From the NCBI GenBank assembly GCA_910592345.1, contig CAJVPI010000333.1, positions 1-34,870 of the forward strand: DNA of 34,870 nucleotides, read 5' to 3'. Source of the stretch: Paraglomus brasilianum. Lineage: Eukaryota. This document shows, piece by piece, positions 26,316 through 34,870 of this stretch. Each line of letters starts with the position of its first letter. The stretch's first letter is position 1. Below the pieces are notes generated by a model. That model did not search any database and was not told the origin of the DNA. It saw only the letters and a program-made list of their open reading frames with translations. Made by a program: the position numbers and the translations under genes.

Positions 26316-26362
26316 ATGTGTATATGTATATGTGTATATGTATGTGTATACGTGTGTGTATG
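26245..26362. repeat. Compound (TA/TG)n alternating purine-pyrimidine microsatellite
   Basis: Runs of TATGTG/TATG; it explains the spurious VYVY, HTHT and CMCM ORFs in the track. Confidence 0.9.
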
Positions 26363-29300
26363 GTGCGAGTGTTTTGTCAAGAGGAAAAAAAACCAACGTC
26401 TCATTATTAAAAGTGTGTGACAATAAATACTGTATACCGTATATGCTTTATCTTGTAATTATATGATCTCATTTGGGGGGGAAATGTTAAAAATAAAATA
26501 CAATCTTGTGTCAACTGTCAATGTCAAAGTCGATGTCAAAAGTATATTTGGTTGTTTGGTTGTTACATGGATAATTAAAGGTAATGCAATGTTATCTAAA
26601 TAAAAAAAAATTTCTTTCTTTTTTTCTTTTTTTCCTTTCCCCCCTCGACACAACAACCCTAATTACAATAGTCTCCTTTTTTACGACAAACCTTTCAAAG
26701 AAACAACCCACACTTTCCCTTCCATATCTATCGATTGCCCGCCGTACTACACAAATGACACTTAACGTGTGACATTTGACACCCCGCCTGTACTACTCTG
26801 AACCCCCAATTATTAGAATGCCGATGTATTTCCCCACACAATCGAGAATGAGATGAAATTGTCTCCTAACAAACAAATCACAAACATGCACAACGGAGAT
26901 GTCGAGTATCAGGAACAGATTAGGGATAATTTTAGGAGGGAAATGAACTGTAAATATAAAAGATGAGAAGAAAAGAGTGAGCGTGAGGAAAGGAAACAAC
27001 AGAGAGAATTAATGCGATAAACATATGTGTGCATTATGATATTTATGATACAGATAACCGTCCTTGTCGCTACAAGCGTCATTGTATATCAAAGCATAGA
27101 TTGTTATAATATGTAATCCAAATTAGTACATGTTTGTTTGTATTTTGACGCCTACTGTCATAAGAATCCGGTATTTTGAAACACTCTTCTTGTCAAAGCC
27201 GCTGTTGTTTGTGGTAAACAAGTGCGATGGCGGCAACTCTAGGGGTTGATGCAATTAACCCATTAATAATAACAATAAGAAAATGGGCGGGAAAACCGAT
27301 GCATGTTGATGGCTGCAAGAGGAAGAAAAAAAAGAAAAAAAAGAAGAAAAAAAAAAAACAAACTCTAAACAATAAACAAAGGTCGTATATTTTACAGTAT
27401 ATGTTGCTTACTCCCCTTACAATGATTGTTGGCTGAGGGAAAAAAAAAACAAAGTTGTTTCATTTGTGACCAATCGTCCCTATCATTCTGGCGCCAATTT
27501 TTATTTTTGTCTTACAAACTCTTTTCAATCTATTAAAATAATAAATATTTTATACTGGGGTTTCTGATGTAGATGATCTGGTTGTGTTTAGTCATCACAA
27601 AACTTAATATCATTATTCTGACAGCGCTGAACGTCATGAGGTCCAACTTGATAAGCTTTACACTTAAATGCCTACAGCCTTGTATCCACTTTCCCCCTAA
27701 TTTTATTCTCGTCGTACACAAGGGCAATTGCATTTTATATTCTTATCTCCGAGTATGTAGCTGGAATTGTTAAGCTTGGCGGTTGTGCTGCCAGCAGAGA
27801 ATTTATTCGTTCAAGATTACGATACCATTCATTTGCCCTGTTGTCCCGTTGTTATTTGACGGTTTACTATGTTGGCTTCTTCTTCTTCTTCTTGATGGCA
27901 ATGACACGTACAACATAATGACTTGTAACTGCTTGGGTAGATGACGTGAATTAATCTACCATTCATTCCGAACGTCTTTTTCACACAAGTGATTATTTGT
28001 GTTTTTTGAATTAAAGGCTGCTTGTCGACATGGAATAAAATTAGTGTTGCTCTTTTTACACTTGAAAGAACGCTCGATTGTATCGTTAATAGAGATCTTG
28101 TGAGTGGTGGGTTAATAGGGAGCATTTTAATTCTCGTCATATCAAAATCAGAAAATCTTTCTGTAATACATCAAGTCTTCTCACAAAAAAATCTGTCAGC
28201 GAACAATATCATGCTCTGGGAGTGTGCTAGGCGGGTTTTGATAATGTTTTACATTTTAGAACGGGTGGTGATTTCCAAGTCGTTCTCGTACTTCATAGCA
28301 CAAATCCGAGATTCGGCAATTGTTGCTATTGGCTGTCTTGGTCGAATGGTTGGTTAAAAGTCACTGGTGAAACACATCAAAAATTGACAGCTCAATCTTC
28401 AATGTCGTACCGAATTTGTGTTCTAATAGAAAAAGGTAATGCTGTTAAACTCGTTAAGAAAAGGGTGTTCTGCGCTAACATGTGTGTGTTTTATTGCGTG
28501 CTTGCCATCAAGGGCGATATTGTATTACGAAGGAGTGAAAGATGACGTATAAATTATGTAACGTTATTTACTGAATGCGCATAAGTTTACTCTGTCTGGA
28601 ATGAATCACTTATGTCATCTAAAAGGCAACTATAAACTTTTCTATCACGAAGACGACAGCCGCCCAATGTAATTTGGTTAACATTTAACGCCGAGCGCAT
28701 GTTTGGTTAATAGAAATACAAAGGATTTAATGCACGGGAATAATTGGAAATCAACCATTGTCGGGAGAGCTTGCATGTATAACAACAGGGTCACTGAGTT
28801 GAGGTACTTCCAATTAATGCGTGATGTCATAATCATGTGTTTAAAACAACAAATTTTAGTACTAACCCAATTATATTATGTTGAGTAATAATATCACCGA
28901 ATAAATAGCATACAGTTTAGTAAAGCGAGGTTACGTTGGTTCAATAAAAAGTATACTCGATAATAAAACGGTTCAGAACATCCTATCACATAATTCATTA
29001 AGCAAAAGAAATGCTAAATCTGAAATGACATGAGGAGAATGTCTTTCATACTTGACCTAAAAATCCCCTTTGCAAAGGGCGGCTGTACTAGTATTGTTTG
29101 TGTTAAACCAGTTTCTGTTTCGAGGTGACAATTTTCATACAGTCTAAGAGTCTACGTGTTAATCTGTTCAGTAAAGGTTGCCGTGAAAGCATTGAAGAGA
29201 TTCAAATCGCGAAAGTAAGGAGCCGATAGCTCGGATTCGATGAATATCGTATTTCGGTAATGGTGAGATGTGACGGACTGTCGAGATTAGAGACTACACA

Positions 29301-29546
29301 ATTCGCTTCTAAGACAAAGACTTGGTATGTTTATCTCGCACAATATTTTATGTGAATGGTTAATGAATAAATAAATCTTGCCTTCGGCATACCAATTGAT
29401 AATGTCTTCAGATTATTCTGTTATCGAAAAGTATGTCACAGGTGAAGCGTGTAACATAACATTCATGTGACTAAGTGTCAAAATAGATCAGATCTCTATC
29501 CACTTTATATTTAATATCATTTGTCTCGCTTTGCTCAACACATACA

Positions 29547-30735
29547 ATGCCACTCACTGCAGTTGCACAGTATTGTGGTACGGCAAATGTTGCTGCTAAC
29601 ATCGAAACATGCTTTAAACTTATGAGAGATGCCGTCGTTAAAGGTGCTCAGGTACATTATATGCGAGAGACGCAATCCTCCCATATTATTTCAATGTAGT
29701 AACCGCACAATGAACAGATGGTATTCTTTCCAGAAGCATCTGATTTTATAGCATCAAATACCAAAGAGACAATTGAACTGACAAAGGCTCATTCGAAGTC
29801 TTTTGTTGAGGATATAAAGAAAGAAGCTAGGAATCAGAAATTATGGGTATCCATTGGAGTGCACGAACAGGTGACATTTAAATATATGTATATGTATAGT
29901 ATTTATAATATTAATTTTGTATTGTCTTATTTATAGAGTTTATCGCCTATTAAAATATATAACACTCATTTGATTATCAACGATGATGGAATAGAAATCA
30001 GCAAATATCGTAAATTACACTTGTTCGACGTCGACATTAAGAATGGCCCCGTTATTCTGGAAAGCACTGGCACAGCTTATGGAGAACAAGTAATTAACCC
30101 TATTTCAACCCCCTTGGGGAAAGTAGGGATGGCTGTATGTTATGATTTACGGTTTCCAGAGTTGTCAACCGAGTTGCGTAAGAGAGGAGCCGACATTCTG
30201 ACATATCCATCCGCATTCACTGTAAAGACTGGACAGGCACATTGGGGTAATTACACAACTGCCAAAATCTATCAGAGAGTGGTATATGGTTAATCAAACA
30301 CCCGTTATTATTATTGTGTTTAGAAATATTACTAAGAGCAAGAGCGATAGAAAACCAGACATATGTCATTGCAAGGCAAGCAATTGCACGTTTTCATGAT
30401 TAACTTATAGTTATTGCTATGTTGGCCACTAATCTAATTGCGCAATAGTGCTCACATCGGAAAGCATAATGATAAAAGAGCAAGCTATGGTAATGCTATG
30501 GTAAGTAAGGCTGGAGATTGGTTTTGTGAAGACATTAAGCAGTATTTCACGCCCTGCGAATTTATTTTCGTAGATTGTGGATCCATGGGGAACTGTTCTT
30601 GCGAGATGCCCAGAGACTGTAAAACCCAGTTTAGCTTTTGCAGATATTGATTTGGATAGATTACACCAGATTAGAAGAGAAATGCCAATCATGGATCACA
30701 GAAGGGTTGACATATTCCCTCATCTGGCATCATAA
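29547..30735 (+). CDS. NIT1: Nitrilase-superfamily amidase, Nit1/deaminated glutathione amidase type
   Basis: Exons 29547-29651, 29718-29870, 29937-30246, 30324-30375, 30449-30500 and 30574-30735. E-K-C triad motifs FFPEASDF, YRKLHLFDVD and VCYDLRFPE, plus YPSAFTVKTGQAHWEILLRARAIENQTYV and IVDPWG. Confidence 0.92.
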
Positions 30736-32461
30736 GAGTAAATACACAAAGGAGCCGCCTAACTTACATAGGACCTGGTTTTTTTTTTTTACATAAATTA
30801 TTGACATTGTGTAATTGGTATTGTAATATACATTAAGTGTGAATAAGAATTACTTGACACTTTAAACCCAATCAGCCATCTAGAAAGATTTTCGCCTTAT
30901 CGATTGTATTTATCAACAGTGTGCATCCAAGATAAAGTATACAGTACAGTATATGGAATATGCGATTAGCAAACACGGCATTTAGAAAGAGATTCCTGGA
31001 ATTCAAGTACATATTAGCCCCAAACGCAAAATGTGCCCGTGTTGTAATAATAGTACTGTCGGTATTCACATTGAAGATAAAAAAAAAAGATTATTGGCCA
31101 TAACATAAGAAGCATAGTATGTGCGAGAACTTTATGAACCTCCTCGTGCGTACAATAATCGCACAAAAACATTTACCAAAGCCACCATTAACTATCTTCA
31201 CTACTACTACGTTTTTGAAAATGTAAGAAAAAAGTCAGATAATAGCAATAGTTAACAAAAGCTGACTCGGCGGTATTATCTGATGAATCAGAAATGAATC
31301 ACATAATACATCTTCTTTGATTAGTGCTCGTTTTTGTCGGCCTCTGAGAACTCCATATCCAGATTTTTTGTGTATGATATTACCTTAAAGTAATCTCATC
31401 TTGAACACTGTGAATGAACATTCCACGAAAACCTATCCGGTGTAACACTACTCTAATATGATTTCAGAAAGCCGTTGTTTCACCGTGTGCTTCAATAATA
31501 AGTTATTGTAAAAAGCTTGGTCGATTAATATACTGTGACTAAAGAGTATGTAAAGATAAGAGCTACATTTAATTAAACTCATAATTACAATGAGCTTCAC
31601 GTTGGCTTAGACTAATAATATTTATTAGTTGTGAACCCACCGAATCTAACGCTTTTTAGCAGGTACAAGTATCCCACCGCCCCTAGCATACAGGTTTCTA
31701 ATCGTTTTTTTATTATCTGCAAGACTCGTCTCTCCGTGTTATTTGGGTGTGTAATCGAATTAGAAAAATTGTTATTACGCATGCTGCAGTTAGTCCTCAA
31801 AATTAAAGAATTAAAAGAATTAAAATCTGTATTAATCAGTATCATCGTGTCGCATCTGCAACAATAAAAAAACAATACAGCGGTGGGATACCTATGCCCG
31901 CTACTGTAACTATTCAAGAGGTCAGTTTTTCTATTTTATTACTGCATGCGGATGCCACTTTTTCCTAACTCGCGAACTACAGTATTCCAATCTAAATTCT
32001 TTGTGACAATCGAAGTTAAGAGGCAGCTAATCAGTATCGAGAGTTGCATATACAAGATCGAACGTAAAAGTCGTGAGTATAGAAACCCACTTTAAGATCA
32101 CTAATCGATAATTATAGGTTTGGCGGAGTAGAGGTATTGCCAATTCATTTGAAAAAGGTTAACTGCTGCCAATCGCTCTCCCATGGTAATTGGCTTGACT
32201 ATCTTCACACAGTAACATGATTGGACATTTCGTAATGCAAGTAAGTGCATGCTGAAGCTTGGTCCCTTGGTCTCACTGTTGCTCAGAAATAATACCAAGT
32301 GTTTGTATTCGGTAAATGAATGGACAAAAGTGACGCTATAATAATAGGTGATACTCAGTCGCTTGATTTTCAGCAGATAAATTATTTCCCGTGTAAAATA
32401 ATGCAAATAGTATTAAGTATACATTGCATTGATTGTTGTAATGGTTATATTGCTTACTCAA

Positions 32462-32925
32462 ATGATTACCCGGAGATGATAATGATTGGATAATCGGAAT
32501 CACTCAAGAGCCATCTACTTGGGAATATTATTTGGTTTTCTACCATAAAAACGTCCAATATTGAACAGAATTATACAACGTTATGGATGTGGATATATGC
32601 GGTATGCCGACTTTTATGAACTCAAAGAGATCAAATTTTAAGATCAGATTCGGTGGTTATGGAACGGTTTATACAATACTGCCAAATATAAAAAGTATTT
32701 AGAAAAATGTATGCGAGAAAAAACTGTTGTACTAAAGCGCCTTAAGAGAGCTATGATCAGACGCCGGAATTATTTACTAACGAGGATAAGCAATCCTTGG
32801 CAGTATCAATTAAAGGCATATTTAATCTGACTCTGTATTATTTAATAGTTCAGAAATCGTAAACGCAAGTATTCATTCTATGGAGTCACACAAGTACCAA
32901 AAGAGTACATGATTGCTATGCAGTC
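32462..32925 (+). pseudogene. Degraded TKL kinase fragment
   Basis: Pieces in shifting frames: GITQEPSTWEYYLVF, KRPILNRIIQRYG, FGGYGTVYT, AKYKK...KTVVLKRLK, YDQTPELFTNE, FYGVTQVPKEYMIAMQ. Stops, frameshifts and a damaged splice donor are present. Confidence 0.8.
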
Positions 32926-33071
32926 TTGTCTTATCTGGATCAAAATATTAAAATTGACGTAGAGATTAAATAATACATTGTGTGTTGTGATGGAAACATA
33001 GTTTTGCAGGACAGCACGTGTGAGATAGAATCCTACATATGCGATATTGTGAGTAGACTACGACCAACGAA

Positions 33072-33955
33072 ACGTGGGGTGGTCGAAAAGTCTTGCGCGT
33101 CTAAATTTATTTCGACTAATCCAATAAATAACCTACAAAACTATTATGACATTCCTTCAAAGTACTCTCCCTCTACCTCTATACATTTTTTCAGCCGATT
33201 CCGCCACGAATCAAATGACTTGTAATATTCCTCTTTAGGGACATTCTCAACGATTGCCTGAATGGCACGTGACAAGTTTTCGACATTATCGAAACTTCTT
33301 CCACCCAGTTCTTTCTTGATTCCGGGGAATAAGTAAAGTCACAAGGAGCTAGATCTGGACTATATGGAGGATGGGGAAGAAGTTTAACTCGTTCTTCCCT
33401 GAGATATTCGGTGACAGCTGCTGACTTGTGTGGCGCAACATTGTCATGATGCAACATGACATCTTTTACGGTATTTCTCCATAAAATTCGAAAAAACTTT
33501 GGGCAAAATTTGTTTTCTATAAAGTTCACCATTAACCGTCCTGCCTTTCTCAACAACAATTCTGGCTATTACGCCATCCACAGTATAGAAAAAGCAAAAC
33601 ATTCTCTTTTCGAATTTTGCGCAGTCCTAACAATCTGCAGTCTATTTCTAACCAAACCTTATTGCTTTCTTTGCTCGAAACGGTGAAGAAATACATCCAT
33701 GTTTCATCCCCAGTAATGATGTTATTATAGCCTTTTTTGAGTACTTCCAACAATTGCTTCGAAATTTCCACTCGTTTTTTTTTATGGTCTGCCGAAGGCT
33801 TGTGAGGAATCCATTTTGCACAGACTTTGTGCAGGTTGAGTTCATTATGTAAAATATAAGCAATTCTATCATGCGAAATACTATAATCGGGAATTTACCA
33901 TCCATGTCGCACAACCTGCCAGGTCGAATATTATGGGGGTTATCAGTAGATCCTC
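33072..33955 (-). mobile_element. Mariner (DD34D) transposon relic with frameshifted, 5'-decayed transposase
   Basis: KVCAKWIPH, IITGDETW, LHHDNVAPH, HPPYSPDLAPCDF and C-terminal RLKKCIEVEGEYFEGMS* (stop 33144-33146). Candidate TIR ACGTGGGGTGGTCGAAAAGT at 33072; no partner TIR found. Confidence 0.92.
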
Positions 33956-34394
33956 CCTGTTTAATTCAGTTGTGTTCAATTCTCTATAATCTCCACTCTC
34001 TACAATCACCCACCCATTATACACATATTTGATTAATCCCTAGCTTCTTTATCATCTCTCATGTACTTTCGTAGATAATGTTAAGACTAGCTCTAGCGTG
34101 AAAATATCTTAAACGGTATTATTATCATATTATGTATTCAAATTGTTAATATCGATATTAGACATTTGTGGGAAAGCTTAAATCAATATCATAAACGAGC
34201 TAGGATTCGAATCCAAGGCGCAATCAAAGAAAATGTTATTATCAAGCGTCAGTCTGCGCTAGTTTATCGATTCAGTTAAATGGAACATCGACCAATATTA
34301 TCCAAACAGTACGATATGCGTCAAATAAATATCGCTAGTACTAGAAACACAAGTTATGTTGTTAGAAATCAATTATTTGTACTCGATACCATTG

Positions 34395-34870
34395 AATCAT
34401 ACGATTAAATTGTATTACAATTAAGAATTGACATTGGGTGAATTTGAACTTTCGATGTAAAATCCGGAAGCTGAATTCAATCGATATTGAGCAAAGATTA
34501 AAATAAATCATACGATTAAAACGCATCGCACATTAAATCATACGATTAACTTGTATTACTATTAAAGAATCGACATTGGGTGGATTTGAACTTTCGATGT
34601 AAAACCCGGAAGCTGAATTCAATCAATATTGAGCAAAGATTAAAATAAATCATACGATTAAAAACGCATCGCACATTAGATCATACGATTAACTTGTATT
34701 ACTATTAAAGAATTGACATTGGGTGAATTTGAACTTTCGATGTAAAACCCGGAAGCTGAATTCAATCGATATTGAGCAAAGATTAAAATAAACCATACGA
34801 TTAAAAACGCATCGCACATTAGATCATACGATTAACTTGTATTACTATTAAAGAATTGACATTGGGTGAA
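34395..34870 (+). repeat. Tandem satellite with ~143-bp unit, >3.3 copies, continuing past the window end
   Basis: Units start at 34395, 34536, 34679 and 34822 (periods 141, 143, 143) and are near-identical, with one GAATTC per complete unit. Confidence 0.95.

Noticed and set aside
26114..26466. Four overlapping ORFs with VY/HT/CM repeats
   Set aside because: Translation artefacts of the microsatellite.
27227..27436. Poly-Lys ORF
   Set aside because: Derived from a poly-A tract, with no other coding support.
34203..34214. GGATTCGAATCC resembling a tRNA T-loop/B-box
   Set aside because: No cloverleaf or A-box can be built around it; it is only a short palindrome.
34395..34870. CRISPR-like array of palindromic repeats
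   Set aside because: The intervening sequences are identical between units (no unique spacers), there are no cas genes, and the context is eukaryotic.

Overview
Eukaryotic, AT-rich, intron-rich fungal DNA; kinase family signatures suggest Mucoromycota, probably Endogonales or Glomeromycotina (inference). Manually spliced genes: TIM13 (1396-1949), a C2-like plus class-3 lipase (2821-6390), two paralogous low-complexity PY-motif genes X1 (6732-8071) and X2 (14738-16281), a TKL-family kinase lacking the catalytic Asp (20991-23028, minus) and a NIT1-type nitrilase-family amidase (29547-30735). The right end holds a decayed kinase pseudogene, a frameshifted DD34D mariner transposase and a ~143-bp satellite that runs off the window. 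Main observations: (i) a reconstructable tandem duplication with both breakpoints inside genes (lipase - X1 - lipase relic ... X2), with a ~23-bp hairpin in front of X1; (ii) an intact predicted pseudokinase; (iii) an animal-type mariner in a fungus; (iv) two GC-AG introns. I found no CRISPR, rRNA or tRNA, and no clearly novel multi-gene system. All identifications come from reading by eye, without database searches.
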